This document shows, piece after piece, positions 1 to 8,842 of a stretch of DNA of 64,000 bases. Location: assembly GCA_964435875.1 (NCBI GenBank), contig CAYTAV010000001.1, positions 2,318 to 66,317 on the forward strand, in the 5' to 3' direction. The translations under genes and the position numbers were made by a program. This DNA comes from an uncultured Gammaproteobacteria bacterium. GTDB taxonomy: Bacteria > Patescibacteriota > Patescibacteriia > Patescibacteriales > CAYTAV01. Each line of letters begins with the position of its first letter. The stretch's first letter is position 1. The notes below the pieces were generated by a model. It had not been told where the DNA came from and searched no databases. It saw nothing but the letters and a program-made list of their open reading frames with translations.

Positions 1-1
1 G

Positions 2-256
2 GTCGCGGCTGGCAGTGTCGAGCTGATCGATGTGCGCGAATCTGGTGAGTTCCGAGAAGGGCATATCGAGAGCGCGAAGCTGATCCCGATGGGAGAGGTC
101 GAAAAGCGTACTAGCGAGATCGACTGGAGCAAGCAAGTTGTCTTCTATTGCCGCAGCGGCGCGCGCAGCGCGTTTATCGCAGGAAAGATCGCGAAAGCCA
201 GCAGCAAAACGATTTACAACCTTATGGGAGGGATCTTGTCCTGGAGCGCGTTTTAA
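2..256 (+). CDS. Rhodanese-like sulfurtransferase domain protein (5' end lies outside the window)
   Basis: The frame is open from the window edge. The translation has ...IDVRE..EF..GHI..A and the active-site loop VVFYCRSGARS (CRxGxR), typical of single-domain rhodaneses. Confidence 0.7.
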   Translation, partial: VAAGSVELIDVRESGEFREGHIESAKLIPMGEVEKRTSEIDWSKQVVFYCRSGARSAFIAGKIAKASSKTIYNLMGGILSWSAF

Positions 257-289
257 AAATAGCCGATCATATTTTTGAATGCAATTAGA

Positions 290-1336
290 ATGGATAAGCG
301 AAACTCCGCCCTGGTCTTGTTTTCCGGCGGTCTGGATTCGATATTAGCTGCCAAATCCCTGATCAAACAGGGAATTAGGGTTACTGCCTTGAGTTTTAGC
401 AGTAATTTTTTTGATTGCGAAAAAGCCCGGATGTCCGCAAAAGATATCGGTGTGGCGCTGGTTGAAAAGGATATCAGCCGTGAAATGATCGAGCTGGTCA
501 AGCATCCGCCGAACGGCTATGGCAAGCGCATGAATCCCTGCATCGACTGCCACGGACTGATGTTCAGGCAAGCCGCACAATATTCTAGGAGGACAGCGGA
601 TAAAGACGGTAATCCTTTTTTTGATATTATCGCGTCTGGCGAGGTGCTCGGCCAGCGGCCTTTCTCACAAACAGCACAGGCTATGAAGCGGGTGGAAAAG
701 CTAGCCGGCACCGAGATACTCCGGCCGCTTTGCGCGAAATTATTGCCTGAAACGTCGTACGAGAAAAAAGGCCTGGTCGACAGGAGCTTATTGCATGCGA
801 TATCAGGCAGATCAAGGCATATGCAAGCCGGATTGGCGCGAGATTATGGGATTGCCGCATATCCTTCTCCGGCCGGCGGTTGTCTGCTAACCGACTCCAG
901 CTTCGCAGGACGCTTAAGCGGACTGCTTTCTAGATGGCCGGGAGCGGATGAGGGTGATATCGAGCTTTTAAAGGCTGGGCGCGTTTATTGGATGCCTGCA
1001 ATGATCGATGGATCATCAAGAGATAATGTGCTGGTCGTGGTTGCCAGAAACGAACAGGAGAGTACACGGCTTGGAATGCTGGCGCAAAAGGGTGATTTTA
1101 TGCTACAATTAAAAGAGCTTAAAGGCCCGTTGACGCTTGTTAGAGGCCTTAAGGATATCGGTTTCGGACTCTTTGAATTATCGGTAAAAGTGCCGTCCGC
1201 TATTGAAGCAATGATTTTCCAGCAATCCGGCAAACCAGATGCGATCATCAGCCATGCCGCCCTGCTGACCGGACTGCATTCGGCCTGCGCAAGAGGTCGG
1301 GAAGTCCGCATAATGATCACGCGAACACAAAAATAA
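290..1336 (+). CDS. PP-loop ATP pyrophosphatase, tRNA-thiolation-like (ThiI/MnmA-type)
   Basis: N-terminal PP-loop ALVLFSGGLDSILAA and a downstream NPCIDCH motif. The ORF track starts at TTG 275, but the in-frame ATG at 290 (MDKRNSALV) is more likely. It sits immediately downstream of the rhodanese gene. Confidence 0.55.
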   Translation: MDKRNSALVLFSGGLDSILAAKSLIKQGIRVTALSFSSNFFDCEKARMSAKDIGVALVEKDISREMIELVKHPPNGYGKRMNPCIDCHGLMFRQAAQYSRRTADKDGNPFFDIIASGEVLGQRPFSQTAQAMKRVEKLAGTEILRPLCAKLLPETSYEKKGLVDRSLLHAISGRSRHMQAGLARDYGIAAYPSPAGGCLLTDSSFAGRLSGLLSRWPGADEGDIELLKAGRVYWMPAMIDGSSRDNVLVVVARNEQESTRLGMLAQKGDFMLQLKELKGPLTLVRGLKDIGFGLFELSVKVPSAIEAMIFQQSGKPDAIISHAALLTGLHSACARGREVRIMITRTQK

Positions 1337-1349
1337 TCTTTAAAATCAT

Positions 1350-2519
1350 ATGTCAACAAAACCAGCCCAGCCGGAAACAGACATAATCAAGATCGTCAAT
1401 GATATAATCGTCCAGGCGATCATGCAGGGGGCGAGCGATATCCATATTGAGCCTCAAGTCGCCGAACTGGTTATCAGGTATCGTGTAGACGGGCTTCTCA
1501 AGATCATCCATAAAGCCCATCTGCAGACCGGACAATTGATCGTATCGCGCATAAAGGTCATGTGCCAGCTCGATACGACCGGCCAGCCGCGTCCGCAGGA
1601 AGGCAACATCAAATTCAGTTTCGGCGAACGCAGCGTCGATCTGCGCGTATCGATCTTCCCGACCTCGCATGGCGAAGTCGTCGTTCTGCGCATACTCGAA
1701 AGCGTGAAAATCTATACGAATTACGAACTGCTCGGATTCATGCCGGAACAAGCCCGCGTTGTCGAGGAAACCATCAAGCGCCCCTTCGGCCTTATTTTAG
1801 TCACAGGCCCGACCGGTTCGGGTAAATCGACGACGTTGTTTACCATGCTTGATAAGCTCAACGATCCCGCCCGGAGTTTGGTTACGCTCGAAGATCCGGT
1901 CGAACGCAAGCTGGACATGGCGCGCCAGACGCAGATCAACCCGGAGACCGGGCTCACCTTCGCGGCTGGATTGCGGTATCTCCTCCGGCAAGATCCGAAT
2001 ATCATTATGGTCGGGGAAATACGCGATAGCGAAACCGCCGATATAGCCGTACAAGCCGCGATTACCGGTTCCCTGGTTATCTCGACGATCCATACGAACA
2101 ATGCGGCAGGAGCGATCGTCAGGCTGATCAATCTCGGAGTCGAGCCGTTCCTGCTTTCGACTGCCCTGCGCCTTGTCACGGCGCAGAGGCTGGCTCGCAT
2201 GAATTGTCCGGAATGCCTCGCCGAATATACTCCTCCGCAGGAGCTTTATTCGGCGCTCGGCCTTGACCCCGCCAGAAAATTCTATAAATCTACCGGTTGC
2301 CAAGCATGCAACCAGCTAGGAGTCCGCGGCCGGATCGGCGTGCACCAGGTACTAACGGTAAACGACGACATTCAGGCATTGATTCTCAAGAATCCTTCCG
2401 ATGAGCAGGTCGACCAGCTGGCAGTCAAAAACGGGATGATGACTCTGCGCAATGCCGCCCTGGCAAAAGCCTATGAAGGCGTTATCAGCATCGAGGAAGT
2501 CGTTCGCTTGACTGAATAA
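1350..2519 (+). CDS. GspE/PilB-family secretion or type IV pilus assembly ATPase (compact form)
   Basis: Walker A GPTGSGKSTT, Walker B IIMVGEIRD, His box LVISTIHTNNA, and a C-terminal tetracysteine (CPEC...CQAC). At 389 aa it lacks the long N-terminal domains of classical PilB. Confidence 0.8.
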   Translation: MSTKPAQPETDIIKIVNDIIVQAIMQGASDIHIEPQVAELVIRYRVDGLLKIIHKAHLQTGQLIVSRIKVMCQLDTTGQPRPQEGNIKFSFGERSVDLRVSIFPTSHGEVVVLRILESVKIYTNYELLGFMPEQARVVEETIKRPFGLILVTGPTGSGKSTTLFTMLDKLNDPARSLVTLEDPVERKLDMARQTQINPETGLTFAAGLRYLLRQDPNIIMVGEIRDSETADIAVQAAITGSLVISTIHTNNAAGAIVRLINLGVEPFLLSTALRLVTAQRLARMNCPECLAEYTPPQELYSALGLDPARKFYKSTGCQACNQLGVRGRIGVHQVLTVNDDIQALILKNPSDEQVDQLAVKNGMMTLRNAALAKAYEGVISIEEVVRLTE

Positions 2520-2587
2520 GAGCCTTTCTGGTAATTTAATCTGGCACTAGTTATTTAAATAATCACCGGGCATATCCGGTAAAATTT

Positions 2588-3154
2588 ATGGGCACACTAC
2601 TTTGGGTCATCCTGGCAGTTATTGCAGTCGGGGCAATAGCGGTCATTGGGATGTATAACAGCCTGATCAAGCTTAAAAACAGGGTTGATGAGGCTTGGAG
2701 CGATATCGATGTCCAGCTGAAAAGGAGATACGATCTCATCCCGAACTTGGTCGAAACCGTAAAGGGCTATGCAGGACATGAGCGCGAAACGCTCGAGAAA
2801 GTCGTCCAGGCGCGCAATATGGCCATGGCAGCGCAAAAGGGCGGAGACGCCAAGGCCCAGGCAGAGGCTGAAAACATGCTGTCCGGCACCCTGAAGTCAA
2901 TTTTCGCGCTGGCTGAAAGCTATCCGGACCTCAAAGCCAACCAGAATTTCCTCGAGCTACAGCGCGAGCTGACCGATACGGAAGATAAGATCCAGGCTTC
3001 CCGCAGGTTCTACAACGGCAATGTCCGCGATTTCAATACTAAATTACAGGTCTTTCCGACTAACCTGATCGCCAACATGCTTGGATTCAAAGCGCGGGAG
3101 TTCTTCGAGATAGCCGAGGCCAAAGAACGCGAAGCCGTCCAGGTCAAGTTCTGA
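2588..3154 (+). CDS. lemA: LemA family protein
   Basis: N-terminal TM helix followed by YNSLIKLKNRVDEAWSDIDVQLKRRYDLIPNLV, ESYPDLKANQNF and RRFYNG.V..FN, all typical LemA blocks. Confidence 0.85.
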   Translation: MGTLLWVILAVIAVGAIAVIGMYNSLIKLKNRVDEAWSDIDVQLKRRYDLIPNLVETVKGYAGHERETLEKVVQARNMAMAAQKGGDAKAQAEAENMLSGTLKSIFALAESYPDLKANQNFLELQRELTDTEDKIQASRRFYNGNVRDFNTKLQVFPTNLIANMLGFKAREFFEIAEAKEREAVQVKF

Positions 3155-3183
3155 TTATTCATTTTTAAAAGCTAGGATGATAT

Positions 3184-3210
3184 AAAAGGCCCGCTTTAAC
3201 GGGCCTTTTA
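3184..3210 (+). terminator. Intrinsic terminator after lemA
   Basis: Hairpin AAAAGGCCCG/CGGGCCTTTT followed by T residues. Confidence 0.6.
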
Positions 3211-3243
3211 AAGGATGACAACGGATAATGTCGTGATAGATAT

Positions 3244-4398
3244 ATGGAAACGCGTCGTTCCGTTTATAAGATTGTTACTGGGTTATTTTCAGGCTTGCAT
3301 AACAACGCCAACCTTTTACCGTTGCATGCCATGCAAGCCCTCGACTCTATCGCTTTTTCTTTATCAGGGATTTTTATCCCGATCTTTCTCTTGTCGGGTG
3401 GGAGGGATTTAAGAAGCGTGGTAGTCTACCTTGCGCTATTCAACATATCGCTGGTCATCGGCGCATTCATTGCCGGTGGCATAGCGAGCAGCATCGGACT
3501 CAAGAAAACATTGTTAGTCCGTTTCCCTTTTCTTCTCGCCTACCTTCTGCTTTTAGTGATCGGCGAGCCGTATAAAATCAATCTAGTTATGCTGGCTTTC
3601 GCGGGAGGAATGCAGTCGGCTTTCTATTGGTCTGTGCTGAATATTCTATTTGCACGGCATGCGGAAAGCGAAAATATGGGTTCGGCAGTGAGCTGGCTGA
3701 TGGCCGTACCTCAGATTGCTAGTTTGGTCGGTCCTGTGGTTGGGGGAGCGGCGATTTTATTATTCGGTTTTCACTCGCTTTTCTACGCAACCATGGCTCT
3801 ATCGGTTGCTTCATTTCTGCCTTTATTATTTACGGAAAAACTGGATTTCAGGTTTGAATTCAAGCCATCAAGAGGACTCGAATTCTTCAGGAAAAATCCC
3901 AGATTTGTCTTTTCTGAAATTTTTGACAATATTGGCGGGGAAATGGAGGGTGTTATTTGGCCGATTTTTGTATATCTTGCATATAAGAACATAGTGGCGG
4001 TCGGCACGGTCGGGGCTTTGCTCGCTTTAGGGTCGACAACTTTTATGCTGGTAATCGGCAACTTAACCGACAAAAAACAAGAATCAGTATTTATCCGCAC
4101 GGCGGCTCCGCTGATGGTTATCATCTGGCTTGCCCGCTCGATGTTTCCTGGGCAGAATGTCATTTTTTTGTCTACCCTGTTATCCGGTTTTGTTATCTCA
4201 TTGTTAATCGTTCCTTATACGCGTTTAATTTTCAATTCCGCGAAGAAAAAGACCAACTATGATTTTTATATCGTAAAAGAATTGCCGATGTTGGCAGGCA
4301 GACTGATTTTATTCCTCGCAATTTATGTTTTCGCCGATAACTTAAAGCTAGTTTTCCCGCTCTCCGGCTTGAGTTATCTGTATTTCATGTTTTTATAA
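3244..4398 (+). CDS. Polytopic membrane protein, MFS-transporter-like
   Basis: About 10-12 hydrophobic helices with MFS-like spacing. No sharp motif was recognised and the start codon is uncertain. Confidence 0.45.
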   Translation: METRRSVYKIVTGLFSGLHNNANLLPLHAMQALDSIAFSLSGIFIPIFLLSGGRDLRSVVVYLALFNISLVIGAFIAGGIASSIGLKKTLLVRFPFLLAYLLLLVIGEPYKINLVMLAFAGGMQSAFYWSVLNILFARHAESENMGSAVSWLMAVPQIASLVGPVVGGAAILLFGFHSLFYATMALSVASFLPLLFTEKLDFRFEFKPSRGLEFFRKNPRFVFSEIFDNIGGEMEGVIWPIFVYLAYKNIVAVGTVGALLALGSTTFMLVIGNLTDKKQESVFIRTAAPLMVIIWLARSMFPGQNVIFLSTLLSGFVISLLIVPYTRLIFNSAKKKTNYDFYIVKELPMLAGRLILFLAIYVFADNLKLVFPLSGLSYLYFMFL

Positions 4399-4513
4399 TT
4401 CTATTTCCGTATGCTTTATCTGCGGATTTTATTGCTGATATTTATACAATCAGTTGCGCATATTTTGATTATTTCAGGCGTATTATCTAAAATAAAACAT
4501 ATTGCATAATACT

Positions 4514-5431
4514 ATGTCTACGATTTACACACATTCAGACTCCAACAAACGCAAGACCTGGTTTCTCTTGACTGGATTTTTAGTCTTTATCATCCTGGTA
4601 GGCTATATATTCAGTATGGCCATGGATAATGAAGGCATTCTTGTTTTTGCTGTTTTATTCAGCATATTTTCGTCTTTCTTCAGCTATTGGTTTTCCGACA
4701 AGATCGTCCTGGCTATGAGCGATGCCAAAGAAGTAACGCACGAGAATGCCCGTGAACTCTACCACCTGGTTGAAAATCTTTGTATCACGGCTGGCTTGCC
4801 GCTCCCCAGGATCTATATCATTGACGATACCGCGCCGAACGCCTTCGCGACCGGGCGCGACCCCGAGCATGCCGTGATCGCTGTTACAACCGGACTGCTT
4901 CAAAAGCTCGAAAAGTCCGAACTCGAAGGAGTTATCGCCCATGAATTATCGCATATTGGCAACCGCGACATCCTGCTTGCGACGATCGTTACCGTCCTGG
5001 TCGGCGTCATTGTACTGCTGGCAGACTGGTTCCGGCGCTGGACTTTCTGGGGCGGGGGACGGAGGCGCGATTCGGAAAAGGGAGGCGGCCAGCTCCAACT
5101 CATCATCATGGTCCTAGCCGTCGTTCTTTCAATACTGGCCCCGGTTTTCGCCTACCTGATGCAATTCGCGATTTCCCGCAAGCGCGAATTCGCCGCTGAT
5201 GCCGATGGCGCCCTGCTGACTCGTTATCCGGAAGGCCTCGCCCGGGCGCTTGAAAAGATATCCGGTGATAACGAACCCCTGGAGGTTGCCAACCGGGCGA
5301 CGGCGCATCTTTATATCTCATCGCCCTTCAAGACAGATCGTTCAGGAGTAGGTTGGTTCGCCTCGCTATTTATGACCCACCCCCCGGTCAGAGAGCGTGT
5401 TGCCGCATTAAGGGGTATGGAAGTAAAATAA
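4514..5431 (+). CDS. htpX: Zinc metalloprotease HtpX (M48 family)
   Basis: HELSHIGNRD zinc motif, N-terminal TM helices, a C-terminal E..AD block and THPP..ERV. The ATG at 4514 is preferred over the TTG at 4502. Confidence 0.85.
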   Translation: MSTIYTHSDSNKRKTWFLLTGFLVFIILVGYIFSMAMDNEGILVFAVLFSIFSSFFSYWFSDKIVLAMSDAKEVTHENARELYHLVENLCITAGLPLPRIYIIDDTAPNAFATGRDPEHAVIAVTTGLLQKLEKSELEGVIAHELSHIGNRDILLATIVTVLVGVIVLLADWFRRWTFWGGGRRRDSEKGGGQLQLIIMVLAVVLSILAPVFAYLMQFAISRKREFAADADGALLTRYPEGLARALEKISGDNEPLEVANRATAHLYISSPFKTDRSGVGWFASLFMTHPPVRERVAALRGMEVK

Positions 5432-5496
5432 GATAAATTCAACCCGCGATTATCGCAGTGCTCTAAATTTTCACCCAAAGTCGTGGAAATTTTTCT

Positions 5497-5979
5497 ATGA
5501 ATACCAAAGAAGTTCGCTCCATCGTCGATATGATAAGGGATGCAGACAACAAGGAGCTTGTTGTCGTTTCCTTGTTCCTATTACCTCTCCTGCTCGGAGC
5601 GTGGTCTATCTTTCTCAACAACCTTGATTTTCTTCACCAACGTGACGGCTGGAAATTTCTCATCATTTGTTTTCTTTTGATATCTTATGTTCTTGGTCTC
5701 ATCTACATGAAGTGGGGTGATACTCAAAAAGATAAGCTTAAGAGGGCAAGATATCATGTTGAGACTAGGCTCAAGAAAAGAGGGGGTAACCGCGCGAGTT
5801 TTGATGCCATTAGAAATGAAGTTAATGAATCCTACTCGGATGATTTTCTTAAGCAATTGATCGATTTAAATCCAGAGATATTTGGGACTTGTACTATCGA
5901 GAAAGGTGATAAGCCAGGAATTACTCTTGTTAAAGTAGAATCAAAAGACATCGAACCATCCGCTCCATCGGATCGCTGA
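5497..5979 (+). CDS. Hypothetical membrane protein
   Basis: Two hydrophobic helices followed by a charged C-terminal region. It lies in a visibly AT-rich segment and no family was recognised. Confidence 0.4.
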   Translation: MNTKEVRSIVDMIRDADNKELVVVSLFLLPLLLGAWSIFLNNLDFLHQRDGWKFLIICFLLISYVLGLIYMKWGDTQKDKLKRARYHVETRLKKRGGNRASFDAIRNEVNESYSDDFLKQLIDLNPEIFGTCTIEKGDKPGITLVKVESKDIEPSAPSDR

Positions 5980-6176
5980 TAAAACACTGTGCTATTTCGT
6001 GAGCTCTTCGCTGACAAATGGGCCGCATAACTAGTCTCAAGGAGCATAATCAATGGAACATATTTCCATCATTCTATTTTTATATGCTGGCCCAACCCCT
6101 GCATCAAAATAGGACAAGGCAATTTCCGCAAAATCTAGGTAACCACCTTTTTTATCGAAAATAAGTATTAATCGCT

Positions 6177-6602
6177 ATGCAATTAAATCATATAAAATCT
6201 AGGGCGATCATTTATTCAGGTATTATTTTGTTTTTTTTCGTAATTTTTATTTTTTTTCCAAAAAATTTTACTGTTTTAAACAATAACGGCACATGTTATG
6301 GATATATCCATTACGAGAATGTCGGTTATAAATCACAGGTTTGTTACGGCTTTTGTCAGAACTGTAACCAAATTTCGAAAAGTGAATTATCAAAGCAGAT
6401 TCAATATTATAAAGCTAAGATAAATAAATGGTTTAATATACATCCTAGCGAAGAGGGGGGTGCATGCTATTCTAGTGAGTATTGCAAGAAAATATTTTGC
6501 CTAAACACTGGCAAACCTATTTGTAGAAATTATAAATGTAAGTGTTGGTATGTAACGGATGCCGATGTTAATGATGTTGTTGAAATCCACCTTCCTCTCT
6601 AA
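6177..6602 (+). CDS. Hypothetical Cys-rich membrane-anchored or secreted protein
   Basis: N-terminal hydrophobic helix followed by many Cys (CYGF.C.NC...CYSSEYC..IFC....C..YKCKC). The DNA here is AT-rich. Confidence 0.4.
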   Translation: MQLNHIKSRAIIYSGIILFFFVIFIFFPKNFTVLNNNGTCYGYIHYENVGYKSQVCYGFCQNCNQISKSELSKQIQYYKAKINKWFNIHPSEEGGACYSSEYCKKIFCLNTGKPICRNYKCKCWYVTDADVNDVVEIHLPL

Positions 6603-6842
6603 CCAGTTAGAAAGGAAAACCCATGGCCCATTGAAAGCGCCCACCTGATCGTCTCGGCCTCACCCGCCAGGGCCTTTTTACCCCCCCAAACCAACCGATA
6701 TTCCCATTCCGTCCAAAATTTATTCAATATTAGCCATCTCTTTAGGTTTTTTTGTCTCTTAACTCTTCTCTTAAATCCGAGCCTTACAAATCTGGGACAT
6801 ATTTTGAAGATACTATTTTCGATAGGAATTTTCTATTAAAAT

Positions 6843-6874
6843 AAAACCGCCCCGTGGATGACGGAGCGGTTTTT
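6843..6874. terminator. Bidirectional hairpin terminator
   Basis: AAAACCGC-CCGT...ACGG-GCGGTTTT with an A-tract upstream and a T-tract downstream, just 3' of the minus-strand ORF 6906-7091. Confidence 0.5.
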
Positions 6875-6905
6875 GAGTATGGCAATTGCAATTGTGAATA
6901 TGCGA

Positions 6906-7091
6906 TTACTGCATATTTGAGAGCGCAATGAGGCCAACGCCGAAGACGTTGAGAAAAAGAGCAAGTGACAGGATGGTCAGCATCAGGACGCTTCCGACCT
7001 GGAAGTTGGTCACGTCATGGATGCTGGTCTCGTCCGCCGGCGCAGTAGGCTCATTGGCCGCCTGAGGGGCGTCAATGTTTTTGTTTTCCAT
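6906..7091 (-). CDS. Small tail-anchored membrane protein (hypothetical)
   Basis: The 61-aa product has an acidic/Pro-rich N-terminus and one C-terminal TM helix. A terminator hairpin follows its stop. Confidence 0.4.
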   Translation of the reverse strand: MENKNIDAPQAANEPTAPADETSIHDVTNFQVGSVLMLTILSLALFLNVFGVGLIALSNMQ

Positions 7092-7295
7092 ACTTTTGTT
7101 TTTATTTATTAATTCGGATTCAATATATGAACCGATTTTTTGTTTTTGTTGTCAAGGACCGCTCTTGTCAGTCTGTTTACAATAAAATATACTGGAAATA
7201 TCACTTGATAAACTAATTATACCAAGAAAAACAAATTAAATCAAGGGGGTGGTTATCCACATAATGCAACATTAGTGCTAATATTAAATATTTAT

Positions 7296-8732
7296 ATGCC
7301 AATAAAAAAAATCGATTATCAAAAGCTTGAGAAAAAGATTAAGCTGGAACGCATCAGCTGTTGGGAGAAATGGGGCGATAATATGCGGAAAAAGGCTTTT
7401 TCATTCGCTGAAGGCTATAAGGATTTCATCAACAAGGCTAAAACCGAGCGGGAAGCCGTCAAAGAGGCTGTAGTTTTATTAAGGAGAGCAGGCGCAAAAG
7501 AGCTGATGAAAGCTAAATCGCTGAAACCAGGCGACATAGCATATGCGGATAATCGGGGTAAATCGCTTATGGCGGCCAGAATAGGCAGGAAAGGGCTGGA
7601 TAACGGATTCAGGCTAGTCATGGGGCATATCGATGCACCGCACCTTGATCTTAAAGTGTCGCCGCTTTACGAGGACGAGGGGCTGGCGCTGTTCAAGACG
7701 CATTATTACGGCGGCATCAAAAAATACCAATGGACCACGATCGCCCTAGCTTTACACGGCGTTGTCTATCTTAAAAATGGCAAGTCGGTAGAGTTTGTTA
7801 TCGGGGAGCATGAAGATGACCCGGTATTCATGATCACTGACCTGTTGCCGCACCTGGATCGGGCAGGCGGACCTGGGTCGCCTATCAAAAACCGGGAAGT
7901 CAAGGCTGAAGACCTTAATCTGGTAATCGGCTCCTTGCCGATCAACGACGAGAAAGTCAAAGAAAAGGTCAAACTTGCCGTATTAGAGCATCTTCACAAT
8001 GAATACGGGGTCGAAGAAGAGGACTTTGCCAGTGCCGAAATTTCCGCAGTGCCCTCCGAAAAAGCCAGAGACCTCGGATTCGACAGGAGCATGATAGCGG
8101 CTTACGGGCATGATGATCGCATCTGCTCCTATGCCGGCCTGAAAGCCTTCCTGGATTCCGATCCGGCGCAGGAAACCCAGGTAATTATCCTGATCGACCG
8201 TGAAGAAATCGGTTCCGAAGGCGCGACAGGGGCCCAGTCCACGTTCATCGAGATGGCGGTGTCGAGGATGCAAAGACTGATCAAGGGCGCAAGCAGCATA
8301 GACAAGGTCTATGAGATCTTCTCTATGAGCAGGGGAATCAGCGCGGATGTTTCGGCGGCGCTGGATCCTGATTACAAAGAAGTGCACGACGTCAGAAACG
8401 CCCAAAAGCTCGGTTACGGGCTATCGATCGAAAGATACACGGGATCGGGCGGAAAATACAACACATCTGAAGCATCTGGCTCATACATCAGCGAGTTGAG
8501 GGCTTTATTCTCAAAGAACAGCGACATACTTTACCAGATCTCCGGAGGACTCGGTAAGGTCGATGAAGGCGGAGGCGGCACGATTGCGAAATATATCGCG
8601 AACCGCAACGTCGATATCGTGGATATGGGGATCCCGCTCCTCAATATGCATGCTCCCCTGGAAATCGCATCCAAGGCCGACTTGTATTGCGCTTACCTCG
8701 GTTTCAAGGCGTTTTTCGGGTGGAAGGAATAA
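7296..8732 (+). CDS. M18-family aminopeptidase (aminopeptidase 1-like)
   Basis: KTEREAV near the N-terminus, HIDAPHLDLKVSPLYED, THYYGGIKKYQW, and D/E/H metal-ligand blocks (GHDDR, DREEIGSEGATGA, MHAP.E). ATG 7296 is preferred over GTG 7275. Confidence 0.75.
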   Translation: MPIKKIDYQKLEKKIKLERISCWEKWGDNMRKKAFSFAEGYKDFINKAKTEREAVKEAVVLLRRAGAKELMKAKSLKPGDIAYADNRGKSLMAARIGRKGLDNGFRLVMGHIDAPHLDLKVSPLYEDEGLALFKTHYYGGIKKYQWTTIALALHGVVYLKNGKSVEFVIGEHEDDPVFMITDLLPHLDRAGGPGSPIKNREVKAEDLNLVIGSLPINDEKVKEKVKLAVLEHLHNEYGVEEEDFASAEISAVPSEKARDLGFDRSMIAAYGHDDRICSYAGLKAFLDSDPAQETQVIILIDREEIGSEGATGAQSTFIEMAVSRMQRLIKGASSIDKVYEIFSMSRGISADVSAALDPDYKEVHDVRNAQKLGYGLSIERYTGSGGKYNTSEASGSYISELRALFSKNSDILYQISGGLGKVDEGGGGTIAKYIANRNVDIVDMGIPLLNMHAPLEIASKADLYCAYLGFKAFFGWKE

Positions 8733-8752
8733 TCAGATGCCGCCAGATTTCA

Positions 8753-8783
8753 CAGCCCCGGATTTGCGGGGCTGTTTTTATTT
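8753..8783 (+). terminator. Intrinsic terminator after the aminopeptidase gene
   Basis: CAGCCCCG-gatttg-CGGGGCTG followed by TTTTTATTT. Confidence 0.7.
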
Positions 8784-8842
8784 AAGGAAAAAGATGGTAT
8801 AATTACTGAGGAATAATAGTTGTGCACTAAGCAGGCAGGGCA

